A DNA stretch of 48,937 nt. Origin: Octopus bimaculoides. Taxonomy: Eukaryota. A model generated the notes under the pieces. It ran no database searches. It had not been told where the DNA came from and worked only from the letters and a program-made list of their open reading frames with translations. A program made the position numbers and the translations under genes. Within the stretch, counting starts at the first letter, position 1, and each line of letters begins with the position of its first letter. Below, piece by piece: positions 27,101 through 37,819 of this stretch. Location of the stretch: NCBI RefSeq assembly GCF_001194135.2, contig NC_068996.1:52509864-52558800 (forward strand). Direction: 5' to 3'.

Positions 27101-27451
27101 ACTGATAAAATAGCTTTAAAAACTCAGGCTTAGCTTGCTTGACATTTAATTTCTAATTGTACAATGCTCAGGTAACTTATTCAGGTGAATCTGATTTGTT
27201 TTTTCTTTTTTTTTGTATACTTTTTTTAAATCAGCCCTGAAGATATTGAACGCTTCCGGTTAGAAATGTTGAAACGTTCTCAACTTGGAACAAATGCTGA
27301 TTCTAGTGAATTACTTAAAAATGGTGTAGCAGAGGACTTAGAATCAGGTAACGAAGTGAAAAAAGAAAAATCTGAAGATATTACTGGACTTACAAATGGA
27401 AATCTAGATTGTTCACATTTGACAAAAGAAGTTCTGATAACAGAAGGATGA
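313..27451 (+). CDS. CLUH: CLUH / clustered mitochondria protein homolog, 3' portion of a multi-exon gene (20 visible coding exons, 713 aa plus stop; 5' exons lie upstream of the window)
   Basis: Manual splicing of GT-AG exons with matching phases gives [26 protein letters not shown]...[10 protein letters not shown]...RGINIRYLG...[12 protein letters not shown]...ASDAYHFF...TPR region...LNVINGIVF...ITEG*. This is collinear with the C-terminal half of animal CLUH/Clu as I recall it. Confidence 0.97.
1494..1599 (+). CDS. CLUH: CLUH exon ([36 protein letters not shown])
   Basis: cttcag/gtaagt; conserved GFPRxHxHKLxCLRQEL; phase 1 to 2. Confidence 0.96.
2693..3108. mobile_element. Two tandem piggyBac-type MITE copies
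   Basis: Termini of the form (t)taaccctttagca...aaagggttaa (TTAA plus CCC ends); the internal sequence recurs at 5400-5949, 6596-6790 and 25660-25990. Confidence 0.65.
3171..3261 (+). CDS. CLUH: CLUH exon ([30 protein letters not shown])
   Basis: tctcag/gtattt; phase 2 to 0; resembles vertebrate HRYLLFMKLAALQL. Confidence 0.9.
4577..4673 (+). CDS. CLUH: CLUH exon, divergent linker ([32 protein letters not shown])
   Basis: ttctag/gtaagt; open frame; phase 0 to 1 bridges the flanking exons exactly. Confidence 0.85.
5400..5949. mobile_element. piggyBac-type MITE interrupted by an RTE 3' fragment (5505-5829)
   Basis: The MITE halves join when the insert is removed. The insert encodes [25 protein letters not shown] (RTE C-terminus) and has a (GAT)n tail. 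Confidence 0.7.
6402..6467 (+). CDS. CLUH: CLUH exon ([22 protein letters not shown])
   Basis: ttttag/gtatgg; phase 1 to 1; resembles REVIRNACKAVGSIS. Confidence 0.92.
7152..7213 (+). CDS. CLUH: CLUH exon ([21 protein letters not shown])
   Basis: ttctag/gtaagt; conserved FNPD; phase 1 to 0. Confidence 0.94.
7668..8860 (-). mobile_element. RTE-clade LINE relic (3' ORF plus 3' UTR plus (GAT)n tail)
   Basis: [24 protein letters not shown] followed by degenerate C-terminal RTE sequence, a repeated 3' UTR and the tail. Confidence 0.85.
8954..9031 (+). CDS. CLUH: CLUH exon ([26 protein letters not shown])
   Basis: ttgtag/gtgagt; conserved KQLxKDAAxFL. Confidence 0.95.
9075..9177. repeat. (CT)n microsatellite; similar tracts at 19343-19484 and 39266-39530
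   Basis: Directly visible. Confidence 0.95.
9179..9572 (-). mobile_element. tRNA-derived SINE (family A), near full length
   Basis: The reverse complement has an A-box-like tggctgtgtg and B-box-like ggttcagtccc, an internal (TA)n and a tail ending aaacaagtaa. At least 10 further copies occur in the window. Confidence 0.8.
10130..10935 (-). mobile_element. Decayed Tc1/mariner-superfamily (maT/DD37D-like) transposase relic
   Basis: Frameshifted peptides [58 protein letters not shown] and IIAAEGG; inverted gtggacaa/ttgtccac near the ends. Confidence 0.75.
10979..11180. mobile_element. Mariner-type MITE
   Basis: Imperfect TIRs ggggatgctgagaagttcc ... ggaatttttcagcacctcc in TA-rich flanks. Confidence 0.55.
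11269..11339 (+). CDS. CLUH: CLUH exon ([24 protein letters not shown])
   Basis: tttcag/gtatgt; phase 0 to 2. Confidence 0.95.
11896..11968 (+). CDS. CLUH: CLUH exon ([24 protein letters not shown])
   Basis: ttacag/gtgagt; hallmark RGINxRYLG. Confidence 0.96.
12563..12724 (+). CDS. CLUH: CLUH exon ([22 protein letters not shown]...[22 protein letters not shown])
   Basis: ttacag/gtgagt; conserved SAKH and SHFLNCFL. Confidence 0.96.
12958..13370 (-). mobile_element. RTE 3' UTR fragment with (GAT)n tail
   Basis: Reverse complement of the family at 1-236, plus ttttac(a/g)tgccacc sub-repeats. This explains the overlapping ORFs at 13126-13432. Confidence 0.75.
14054..14117 (+). CDS. CLUH: CLUH exon, basic patch ([21 protein letters not shown])
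   Basis: atttag/gtatgc; KKRNKR matches the vertebrate basic stretch; phase 0 to 1. Confidence 0.93.
14985..15657 (-). mobile_element. Two adjacent tRNA-derived SINEs (family B)
   Basis: The reverse complement begins ggcggcgagctggc...gagttcaaattcc, with core gactttgcctttcatcctttcgggg...taaattaagtacc (resembles the Meta-SINE core, from memory). Further copies lie at 12130-12240, 26620-27000 and 33470-33970. Confidence 0.7.
15742..15832 (+). CDS. CLUH: CLUH exon ([31 protein letters not shown])
   Basis: ctccag/gtatga; phase 1 to 2. Confidence 0.95.
16449..16686. repeat. Inverted repeat, 106-bp arms, 26-nt loop
   Basis: 16449-16554 is the reverse complement of 16581-16686 with 4 mismatches; the inner 67 bp are perfect. 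Confidence 0.97.
17089..17275 (+). CDS. CLUH: CLUH exon ([34 protein letters not shown]...IKCVHPK)
   Basis: ttctag/gtttgg; conserved GIQxLLKxYxFD. Confidence 0.96.
17899..18527 (+). mobile_element. tRNA-derived SINE (family A), full length
   Basis: tggctgagtggt A-box, tggtttcagtccc B-box-like, internal CA/TA microsatellite, family tail. Confidence 0.75.
18743..18934 (+). CDS. CLUH: CLUH exon, start of TPR region ([18 protein letters not shown]...[13 protein letters not shown])
   Basis: ttttag/gttagt; 64 codons; strong conservation. Confidence 0.97.
20572..20652 (+). CDS. CLUH: CLUH exon ([27 protein letters not shown])
   Basis: ttaaag/gtgagt; conserved AVLMSERV. Confidence 0.96.
21328..21752. 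mobile_element. Helitron/Helentron-like non-autonomous element
   Basis: Begins actagctgaccc and ends ttattatagtagat; internal duplicated cacagagttgaaacgct(a/g)tttgattttt blocks. Confidence 0.35.
21771..22536. other. Assembly gap (N); further gaps at 32704-33104, 39313-39502, 41778-42070 and 43876-44767
   Basis: Runs of n. Confidence 1.
22537..23166. repeat. Tandem array of piggyBac-type MITEs (3 copies plus the end of a fourth at the gap edge)
   Basis: Units ttaaccctt(t/c)gttacc...ggtaacgaaagggttaa at ~22574-22779, 22793-23021 and 23045-23166 (internally deleted). Confidence 0.8.
23574..23659 (+). CDS. CLUH: CLUH exon ([29 protein letters not shown])
   Basis: ttacag/gtaagt; conserved [14 protein letters not shown]. 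Confidence 0.96.
23871..24280 (+). mobile_element. tRNA-derived SINE (family A), full length
   Basis: aggcacaggcatggctgtgtggtaag...gggttcagtccc...(TG)n(TA)n...gaaacaagtaaaagagta. Confidence 0.8.
24994..25123 (+). CDS. CLUH: CLUH exon ([19 protein letters not shown]...[11 protein letters not shown])
   Basis: atttag/gtaagt; phase 2 to 0. Confidence 0.96.
25407..25541 (+). CDS. CLUH: CLUH exon ([23 protein letters not shown]...NFAPLQ)
   Basis: ttaaag/gtgagt; 45 codons. Confidence 0.96.
26104..26177 (+). CDS. CLUH: CLUH exon ([25 protein letters not shown])
   Basis: ttccag/gtaaga; conserved LNVINGI. Confidence 0.95.
27235..27451 (+). CDS. CLUH: CLUH terminal coding exon ([18 protein letters not shown]...ITEG*)
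   Basis: aatcag acceptor after a poly-T tract; phase 2 fits; ends at TGA 27449-27451. Confidence 0.9.
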
Positions 27452-28289
27452 TACAACTTAAAATATTTCACAATTATTTAATTGTTCTAATCAACCCATG
27501 AACTGAAATCTAAATCTTGTCTCTAATTCATGGTTTAATTTAGTTTTTTATTGATTTTCTTTAGATTTTGGAATGTGTTAAAAAAAAACACCTGTTTAAT
27601 GTTAAGAAACATTGAGAAATTGATTTCTAATTATGTTCAGAAAATATTATTTATTGATGAAAGGGCAAGGATTTTTTTAAAAAGCCAATGATTCCAAAGT
27701 GAAATCGAAACTATATTTTCAATTTTGTATATTTTGTGAAAAAGAAAATTCAGTTTTTGTATGTTATTAAATTTATATTATTGCATTTTTAATTATTTGA
27801 ATACCTGTTTGCATGCAAATATTTTTTAATGAGGAATGTTTGTTAAAATTAATTGATTAATTGATTTGGTTTATCATTGTAAGCATAGGCATGGCTGTGT
27901 GCTTAAGAACCCCAAACCATGCAGTTTTGGGTTCAGTTCCACTGTGTGACACCTTTGGCTAGTGTCTCCTACTATAACCTCAGGCCAGCCAAAGCTTTGG
28001 TAGATGGAAACTGAGAGAAACCCTTCATACATAAGTGTGCATGTATGTTTGTGTTTCCTTGTCTTGACCTCATGTTATGGTTATAAATGAGCATCACTAA
28101 CATTCAAGCAATGTTGATTGTTTCCGGTCTTCCATGTCTGGCCAAAGGAAATATTACCTTATTTGGAAAAAGGTAATGGTTGGTGACAAGAAGTGCCAAT
28201 CCTCACCAAAATCTGCTTCAATGAATTCTCTCTGACCTATGCAAGCATGGGAGAAATGGACATCCAAATGATAATGATGATGATGATGA

Positions 28290-29790
28290 CTGTCATCATT
28301 ATCATCATCATCACAATCATTCTTACGTCTGTTTTTCTATGCTTGCATGAGTTGCACAAATGGTTTCCAACACAGCATCTTGCTAGTTGCTGTGTTCCTT
28401 TGTCATCTCTTTTAGAGGTGCAGCTCTGAGATTAGTTTTCACTACATTTGCCCAGGTCTTCCTTTCTCTTCCTCTTCGATATTCCGGCACTTCTTTACCC
28501 ATATTTTCCATATTCATTATGTACCTGTACCAACATATTCTTTGTTTTTAATGCAACTAGTACCTCTTATACTTAGTTTCTCTCAGCTCATCTCTTACAA
28601 TGTTGTTCATGAAACACTAACACTACACATCTTTCAGACCATGAGTGCTTTATTTCTCTCAAAGCTTTACACATCTTTTCTGATCACTGCCCACACCTCA
28701 CTACTCTGCATCTTTACATGTAGTACACAAGCAACTTACAATCTACCTGTGATTTAGAGGAGAGAGAATCCCTTTATTGCCAGCAGAAGTAATAGCTCCC
28801 CAAGCACCTTCTACAGTCTATTAGGTTGCCTAAGTAACAGAAGCAATCAATTTATTTCTATAGAATCTTGCAAACATTAGAAAGCAGTTATTTTAGTTGT
28901 ATTACAGCTGAAAACTTGTTTTACATCTTCCACATACAGTGTTGTGATTCCAATACTCGGAATTTTTGCAGTCAATTCTCTGATAGCAATAAACCTGTCT
29001 TCTTTTCTACTTTCTAAAACTTTGACTTTTGCCAAGTTTGCTGTGAGGCCTTTTAATTTTAGATTTTGTTTTCACATCTGAAATTTCTTTCGCAAGTCTT
29101 TCACAGACCCTCTTCTAAGGTTTGTAGGAGTTTCCATGGACAGCCTTATTTTGAACACCTGTTTGTTTACTTGGGGAATCCTAATAAATAGGAGTGATAT
29201 AACTGGGCTTTGACAAACCCCTACTTGCACATCAAATTCTTCATTGCCAACTCTCACTTTGCTGACTGTATTGTTGTACATGACTTGTACTGTTCCCATT
29301 TATGCTTAATATGTAGTTGTCTCACAATGAAGAGATCACTAGTACTATGGCTCTGCACAAATCCAAACTACATCTCATCAAAGCTGATTCTCTTCCTAAT
29401 TAATTGTGCCAATGTTCTTTCCATTACTTTCATTACCTGCTAATCATAGTAAAGCCGTAAAGCCTCGGTAGTTGTTCTTTCTAAAGCATCTCCTTTGCTC
29501 ATGGAGCTGTTGGTGATTATACTGCTACTACACCAGTCTCTGGAGGTATGACATGTCCTAGAATTACCTGGTTTATTATGTGACCAGCTTGAGTGCTACT
29601 TCAGATGTCACAACCATTTCTTGTCTTCATATCTTTAATGACTGACCATTTAACCTTATAACTGTCCACTTTGATAACTGCTCCCTCTGTTGGCTATATT
29701 TCAGTGAGTTCCTCCTCCTCTCAAACATTTTTCAACATATACTAGCCTCTCCTTAAAACATTTTGAATACACTTTTCATTCTGTGTGAAT
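28290..29790 (-). mobile_element. Old RTE-clade LINE relic (reverse transcriptase region)
   Basis: VQVMYNNTVSKVRVGNEEFDVQVGVCQ matches the RTE RT motif region; many stops and frameshifts. Confidence 0.75.
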
Positions 29791-31989
29791 ATGAAGTTTG
29801 TTTCGTAGCCACATGGTTCTCTGTGAACTGCATAGCACCTTCAGTAAAATGTCTGCCACTATAGCCACAGGTTTATCATTGCCATATGACTGGAACTGGT
29901 AGACAGAAACTGTAAAGAAGCCCATCATGTGAATATGTGTGAATGCTTGCATTGTGTCTTTGTGTGAAGCTATTTGAGTAAAAGTAGTTACATTACGTTG
30001 GCATTTCCTGTTAACAAATCATCGTATAGCTCTTTGCTTTTGAAGATAAACAGAGTGGGTGTGGAAGGGTGGAAAGACCCCTATTTGGCAAACAGGGTTA
30101 GAGTTAATAGTAGGAAAGGCAGTTGAGTCAAAAATATGTCTCAATAAATACTCATCCAACTCATGTTAGCATGGAAAAATGGATATAAAACAAATAAACA
30201 CTGTATGTATGTCTACATAGGTGTGTTAAATACATTTTACACATATCATTCATACCCTGTAATATTTCAAAGCAAAAAAAAGGAAAGGAAGGAGGATAAA
30301 TAGCTTAAGTGAAAGAAAAATAAATTTTAAGAATTTATCCTCATTAAGAAAAATCTTTGCAGGTGGACTGGTATTCAAAAAGTAAAAATCTAATAACCTG
30401 CAGAAGATTTTCTGGCAAAAATATCCATCTGGCTCATTTATGTTTCTTAGTTGTTGTTGTTTTTTTAATTATGTAAAAAATTATTTGATTGAACAAAAAT
30501 TAGTATTTTATTTATTATACAACAGTTTGTATTTTGTTTTGATTTAGGCAATTAAAATTAAAATACTTGAACACAGATTAGAAACAAGTATTTTTACAAT
30601 GTTCTTCTTAATTATAACATCTGTTAAATTGAAGAGGTACTTATTTGGAGGGAAAGGAAAGGGCTTACCAAAATGCATAATGCATTGTTTATTATTGTTT
30701 ATAACATAATTGGAACCCACTTCTTAGAAATCAATCATCATCATCATCATCTTTACCATTTCAATCAGTGAATCTCTTTTCCATTGGTTGGATGGTCTAT
30801 TTTTTGTACCAAGACAACAATTGCAGTTGGAGAAGGTAATTATATGTCTAGATATTCTTAACACCAACAACATAAACTGAATTGTGTTGTTTATGGTTAC
30901 CAAATAAAAATTAATGCCTCAGAAGAGAACAAATTTTACTGAGTTTCTTTCATATCTATAAATTATAGTTGTACATAGTGAGATATCTTCAAAATACAAT
31001 ATTTTGATTGAGAATCTAACAGAAAAAAAGGTAATTCAATAATGTGTGGTAAAAAAAAAAAAACCTACAAAGAACGGGTGCTTGATTCCTTCACAGTTCA
31101 TTTGCTTGTATGTCTACGTCTGACCAATTTTGCAGTCCTTGGTTTAAGACCACACATAAACATACATAAATTAATATTGGGTGGGTTATTTTACAAGAAA
31201 CATTTGTTGGTAGATTAAAATTAGTCGACCAAAAACAAGTTAATTAAAGTCTTCACAAAATTACATTTGTTAACTTTGACATTTAACTATTATTAAAAAG
31301 TTTGTTTTATATTTTGTTTTTCATGGGACTTAGTTATAGTTGTAAAACTTAGATTCTTAGGCTTTAGATGAATTTGCTGTGTGAATGCCACTATTCCAAA
31401 ATTTAAATCTTGATTTAAATTTTATAGGAATAAATTATCATTGAAATCTTGTTTTGAAAAATTGTGTTTCATGTAGTTTCTCACATTAAACATGTTCTGT
31501 TTCTTGTGAAGCATAACTTCTCCTACCCTCTTTTTTTAAAATTTATTTTCCCCTCATTTTGTTTTGTTAACTTTTGGCAGCATTACAAAGTCCCAAAGTT
31601 GATACCATTAGTTTGTATGGGACAGTATTGAAACAGATATTTACAAATCCAAATCTAGCACCTCTCAGGTAACAGTTCTGATTCTTAAAAGTATTCAGGC
31701 TGATATTTTCAATATTTCAAAGCTAAAAGGAAATTACAGAACAGTCTACTCCTTATATTAGTGCTGTATTAAAAAGGAATTGGTTTTTCTTAGTGTATAA
31801 TTTGATATGTGTGATACCATTTGAAAAAAGTTAGCGTGAAGATTGCATGGGCAGTGATCAGTATATATATATGTTTGTTCCTTGATTTACATATCTTGAA
31901 AATTATCATGGCATATTTGATTAATGGTTAGTCCACATTACTTCATAAGGAGCATATGATTAATTTCCTGGTTTCTCTGGCATATATAT

Positions 31990-32175
31990 ATTCCTCTCTG
32001 GACAGGATGCTGGCCTGTTGCAGGATTATTTATTTTTACCAGCCAAGTGCATTGGAACCGTGTGAAACGGAGTGTTTTACTCAAAAATACAACTCCTTGC
32101 CTAATCCAGGAATCGAAACCACAATCTTACAATCATGAGTCCAATATCCTAACTATGAAGCCATGCACCTCCACC
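31990..32175 (-). mobile_element. tRNA-derived SINE (third family)
   Basis: The reverse complement head gcatggcttcatagttagg...ggtttcgattcc carries a B-box; a related head lies at ~19500-19620 (+). Confidence 0.5.
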
Positions 32176-34394
32176 ATATTTGATTAATACCAATATAAAA
32201 AAAATTCCATATTCAAACAATAGAATTTTTATGTTTTAGTTTAAGAAACCCGAAGTCATATTTATCTCTAGTAACTTTGGATTTAAGGGATTAGTTGGAT
32301 AGTTTTGATATTTTGTGAAGGTTCATCACGGCAGATCTGTAATGTAAATGACGAAATGCGAGTTTATTCAGTTTTTGTAGCTTGAATCTAGATTTGAAAA
32401 AACTGCTTTTGCTGATTTGTTTGGATTTTTTTTTTTTCCTTCAAATTTTGAGTTGTGAAAGAATGTTAATACCAAACATTATTCGAGGTAATAAAAAAAA
32501 AACTTTGTGTTATTGTTATAGATATGTCTTTTGTTATGTTGTTTCCAGCTGTTTAAAGCAAGAAATTAAAAGCAAAACCATTATTAGTGTGGCAATGTAT
32601 GGTAGGTCATGAAAAAAAAAAAGAATTTATGTTCATTACAAAAATCAACAATTTCTGGATGTCTAATCACTGAAATAAAGCAATATATTATGAGTTTATC
32701 TGTNNNNNNNNNNNNNNNNNNNNNNNNNNNNNNNNNNNNNNNNNNNNNNNNNNNNNNNNNNNNNNNNNNNNNNNNNNNNNNNNNNNNNNNNNNNNNNNNN
32801 NNNNNNNNNNNNNNNNNNNNNNNNNNNNNNNNNNNNNNNNNNNNNNNNNNNNNNNNNNNNNNNNNNNNNNNNNNNNNNNNNNNNNNNNNNNNNNNNNNNN
32901 NNNNNNNNNNNNNNNNNNNNNNNNNNNNNNNNNNNNNNNNNNNNNNNNNNNNNNNNNNNNNNNNNNNNNNNNNNNNNNNNNNNNNNNNNNNNNNNNNNNN
33001 NNNNNNNNNNNNNNNNNNNNNNNNNNNNNNNNNNNNNNNNNNNNNNNNNNNNNNNNNNNNNNNNNNNNNNNNNNNNNNNNNNNNNNNNNNNNNNNNNNNN
33101 NNNNAGCAAATTGACCCCAGGACTTATTCTTTGTAAGTCTAATACTTATTCTATTGATCTCTTTTGCCGAACCGCTAAGTTACAGGGACGTAAATACACC
33201 AGCATCAGTTGTCAAGCGATGTTGTGGGGACAAACACACACACATGTACATATGTATATATATATATATATATATACATACATATATACAACGGGCTTCT
33301 TTCAGTTTCCGTCTACCAAATGCACTCACAAGGCTTTGGTCGGCCCGACGTTATAATAGAAGACACTTGCCCAAGGTGCCACGCAGTGGGACTGAACCCG
33401 GAACCATGTGGTTGGTAAGCAAGCTACTTACCACACAGCCACTCCTGCACCTATTACAGTAATACTGATTTCAAATTTTGGCACAAGGCCAGAAATTTCA
33501 TGGGAAGGGAAAAGTAAATTACATCAAACCCAATACTCAACTGCTGCTTATTTTATTGATTCTAAAAGAATGAAAAGCAAAGTCAAACTCAGCAGAATTT
33601 GAATTCAGAACATAAAAACAGACAAAATGCTGCTAAGCATTTTTGCCTGGAGTGCTCATGTTTCTACCAACTTGCCACCATTTTTGGTTACAGTAGCATT
33701 ACCTTGATATTGCATGCCATAGAAGTATAATGGAATGGTGTTCATATTCTCTTCTACTCTAGGCACAAGGGCTGAAATTTTTGAAGAGGTGGGGGGGAAC
33801 AGTTGATTAGATTGATCTCCAGTATGCAACTGGTACTTAATTTATCGACCCTGAAAGGACGAAAAGCAAAGTCGACCTCAACCGAATTTGAACTCAGAAC
33901 ATAAAGACAGACAAAATGCCGCTAAGCATTTCACCCAGCATGCTAACGTTTCTGCCAGCTCACTGCTTTGGAATGGTGTTCATATTAGAATAATGACTAA
34001 CAACCTGTCGAAGAGGAGATATTAGGAATGTGAGTTAAACCTAACAAAAAGAATATTGAGAGCTTCATGTCATTTTAACATCTGCTCGTCTATATTGATA
34101 CAAGTTGGATAGCTACTGATATTGTTTCTAAACTCAATATCTTGAGATCTGGTATCAGTGCTTCTCGTGTTTTCTTTCTGATCACTACTTTCTATTTCAT
34201 CATTCAGGACTTTTTCATCCAGTACTGTCTATTTGCGTCACATGTATGTGTAGGTGAAAAGCTTCAAACTCCACTTAACGTATAATTTTTTTCACACACT
34301 ATATCTTTGTGTCAGTACATACTGTTCAGATGCTAGCTGTCACTTACGCTTTCTGATATTAAGCCAAAGGCAACAATTTATAACAAACACTCAG

Positions 34395-34715
34395 AGAACG
34401 CAAGCCTCTGCCAAGGCAACGGAGGTGATTTTTAAAATGAGAATATCTGAAATAGACTTGACTGCTCTCACAAGCAAGAATACTAATAATGAACCCAACT
34501 GCTCTCAAAAATTAAGTAACAAAAGCAGGAAAAATAATCTAGAATCCTTGTCCGGTACCGGATCGATCCCAAAATCTAATCAGTTTGTGCCAGTCATGAG
34601 GCCGAACATCCCTTAAAGTTTCATCTGAATCCATCCAGTGGTTCTGGAGATATCTTGTCCACAGACAAACTAACAAACACAACTGAAAACAATGCCTTCG
34701 CTAAGGTGGAGGTCA
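34395..34715. mobile_element. Non-autonomous DNA element with subterminal hairpins (HINE/Helentron-like)
   Basis: Related ends cctctgccaaggcaacggagg and ccttcgctaaggtggagg; the body is a typical ...atccagtggttctggagatatcttgtccacagacaaac... MITE. This explains the end of ORF 34254-34616. Confidence 0.4.
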
Positions 34716-35109
34716 TTATACAAGGGACATAATCCAATATCAACATTGCCAGTTTCCTCTTCTCAGGTTTTCAGTTCAAATTGCTGGTTCCAGCAAAACA
34801 TCAGGTAACAGTTCAAATGAAGTTCCATGTACAAGGTGTCAGTTGATCAATGCTAAGAAATAGAAAATTTCTAAAATTCCAAAGTTCTGAAAACTACTGT
34901 TCAAAGTAATGCCAAATATAATATAAATCAAACAGTAGTTAATGGTTTAGTGGGTCTCTCAAAATCTCAGAGGAAGTTCCTGAAATTTACTCACAACCTC
35001 TAATTTCATTGTTGATTATCATTTCATTTATATTTGCCAAATCAATTCTAAGACAACAGTATAGCTTTAGTTAAGCTATGCACCAAAAAAAGAAAAAAAA
35101 TCAATGGAA

Positions 35110-36900
35110 AACCAGAGTGTATTGGTGAAAGATTTATTTAGTTAAACATATGAGGGTGAGAACCATTGGTTAACTCGTGCTTTGAAGAAGCCCCACCTAA
35201 CTAGAAGTCCACTTCACTGCAGACCAGCTCTCTAGCTAGCCAACAGTGAAGTTCCTGCCTATAGTTCGTCTGTCATAAGTCCTTGGGCAATGCCCTGTGT
35301 ATAGCTTCCTCCAGAACTGTTGACTGTCATTGGAAGCAGGAAGGCATTTTAACTGTCCTACCCATGTGTGTGGTTACTCGGCCCTTTGGTGACTGTTCAT
35401 TGCCAAAGGTTGGTGTGATTTGCCTGGAGTGACCCTTGTTTGGTGGTTGAGCTGTCAATATCAAGATGAGCTGGTTTCAACTTATCAATGGAAACCATGT
35501 CTTGTCGTCTGCCAATCAGGTGTCAGAACGATTTGTCTTCTGGACATATTACTTCACATAGGCCATTGTAGGGTGACTAGAGGGGTTTTCATTGTGTGTC
35601 ACATCGAATGAACACAAACGTCACTGTGTGGAGGTCATTTGGTAAGGATGATTTAGATGTGCCATGTGTTGACATGGGAATAGGACATAACTGGCACACT
35701 GTCGCTCAATTGTGTAAGATATCTTTTAATATCTGGGTCTGACTTTGTGTTTAGAAGGAACTCTCCTGATACTATATAAGTGGGGCACCATACACCATTT
35801 CCATGGAAGAATTTTCCTTTGGAGCGGTGTGGATTCCTGGCATGATCCATGGAAGTTGAGCAATCCAATTGGGCCTGTTAAGTCTGGTTGTCAGGGATTC
35901 CTTCAGGCAGCGATGAAATCTCTCCACTTACCCATTGGCCTGTAGATGGTAGGCTGTTTTGTGATTCCAAAAGGTCACACATGTCATTCCACAGCTTTCA
36001 GGTGAATTATAAACCCTGATCAGATGAAGATGCTGTCTGGGACACTGAAATGGGCCACCCAGTTTGTGATGAAGGCGTGGCTGACTTCCTGTTTCTGTGC
36101 TGCAAGGCCGAGTGCAGCTGTCTACCAAGGTCAGTAGGTATGAGCAACCCTGTGAAGGTGGTAGAAGGCTAACAAGGTCAGTGTCGATGTGACTGAAATG
36201 GGCCTGTGGTGGTTCATGGTTGCAAAGGGGTGTTTTGGTGTGCTGATGGACAATGGCTTATTGACAGGGAATACAGGTCTTGGTCCACTCCTTAATTTGC
36301 TTGGCCATACCCTGTCAGATAACTTTGCTTGACAGCAGGTGCCATGTGGTTCTAGATGGGACAGTCTGTGAATGACATTGAAAACCTTCCTGTACCAGGC
36401 TAATGATGAGAGTGCATCAGTGACTGGTTTGCCTTTTCCAGTTATGTGTTTGGATGCCTGTGGTATACTCAGAAATGGCTGATAACTACCATTGCTGACA
36501 TGCAGATCAAGGCTCTGAAAGCTTGCTCATAGCGAAGGTCAGTGATTTGTGATCTGTGAACACTGTAAGCATGCTGCCTTCAAGAAAATAGTGAAAGTGG
36601 CAGACACCTCAATGGACAACCAGCAGTTCCCTGTCAAAAGCATTGTATTTCTGTTCAGGTAGTCATAGTTGTTGACCAAAGAAGGCAAGTGGTCACCACT
36701 GACCATTGATGCATTGTTCCAAAATGTGTCATAGGTATCGGCTGTGAATGAAGTCCAAGCTGAGGTATGAGAATGGGATAGCATGTTGCTTTAGCCAGGG
36801 CCTGTTTTGTGGATTTGAAGGCTGAGGTAATTGCACCCTCCCACTCCACCGGTCTTTTATAACCATCTTTTGACAACACCTTCTATAGGAGTCTCATCAC
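35110..36900 (-). mobile_element. Ty3/Gypsy LTR retrotransposon pol relic (RNase H and integrase)
   Basis: Degenerate AFKSTKQALAKAT, TADTYDT (TDASD-like), YxxFDRELL-like segment and integrase HVxIDxVxxLPPSQGCSYLLT; many stops. Confidence 0.7.
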
Positions 36901-37819
36901 TCTTACTGCGGAATACAGGAATTCAACTCTTAAATTGATTGATTTGTAGCAGGTGTGTTCGCTCTTACCCCTCCCCCAAAATTCCAGGCCTTTCATCTTA
37001 TTACTTGTTTCAATCGTTAGACTGCGGCCATACTAGAGCAGCACCTTGAAAAGTTTTAGTTAAATGAATCAATCCCAGTATTTATTATTCTAATGTAAAG
37101 CTTGGTACTTATTCTATTGGTCTGTTTTGTTGAACTGCTAGGTTATGGAGATGTAAACACAGCAACACACCAGTTGTCAAGCAGTGGCGGGCGACAAAGA
37201 CACACACATATATACAATGGGTTTCTTTCAGTTTCCGTTTACCAAGTCCACTCCCAAGGCTTTGGTTGGCCCGAGACTATAGTACAAAACACTTGCCCAA
37301 GGTGCCATGCAGTGAGACTGAACCCCAAACCATGTGATTTGGAAGAAAACTTTTACCACTCAGCAACACTCCTGCCTAACACAGCCATGGATGCTGAGAA
37401 CTGCACATTCATCATCATCATCATTTAATGTCTGCTTTCTATGCTGGTATGGGTTGGACAGTTTGACAGGAGCTACTCTGATCCCAATTGTCTATTTTGA
37501 CATGGTTTCTATAGTTGGATGCCAACCACTTCATGGACTCTTTTACATGGCACTAGCACAGATGCATTTAGGTGATACTCACATGGGCGCTTTTATGTCA
37601 CATTACTATGGGTACTTTTATGTTGCTCCAGCATGGGTGGCCACAGTTTTACTTAGCTTGATATGTCTTCTCAAGCACAGCAAACTACCAGAAGTTTCAG
37701 TCACTTGCCATTTCCTCTGTGACTCCCAACATCTGAAGATCCTTTCTTACCACTTCATCCTACATTTTTCCTGTGTCTACCCCTTCCACAATTAAAGACT
37801 GGCACTTCTTGATAAAAAT

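Noticed and set aside
30812-30834. Micro-exon-like TTIAVGE resembling CLUH TIAVAE
   Set aside because: The match is too short, lies downstream of the stop codon and is compatible with chance.
34770-34863. VPCTRCQLIN peptide resembling a RanBP2-type zinc finger half
   Set aside because: Only one CxxC is present before a stop, the conserved Trp is absent and there is no credible exon context.
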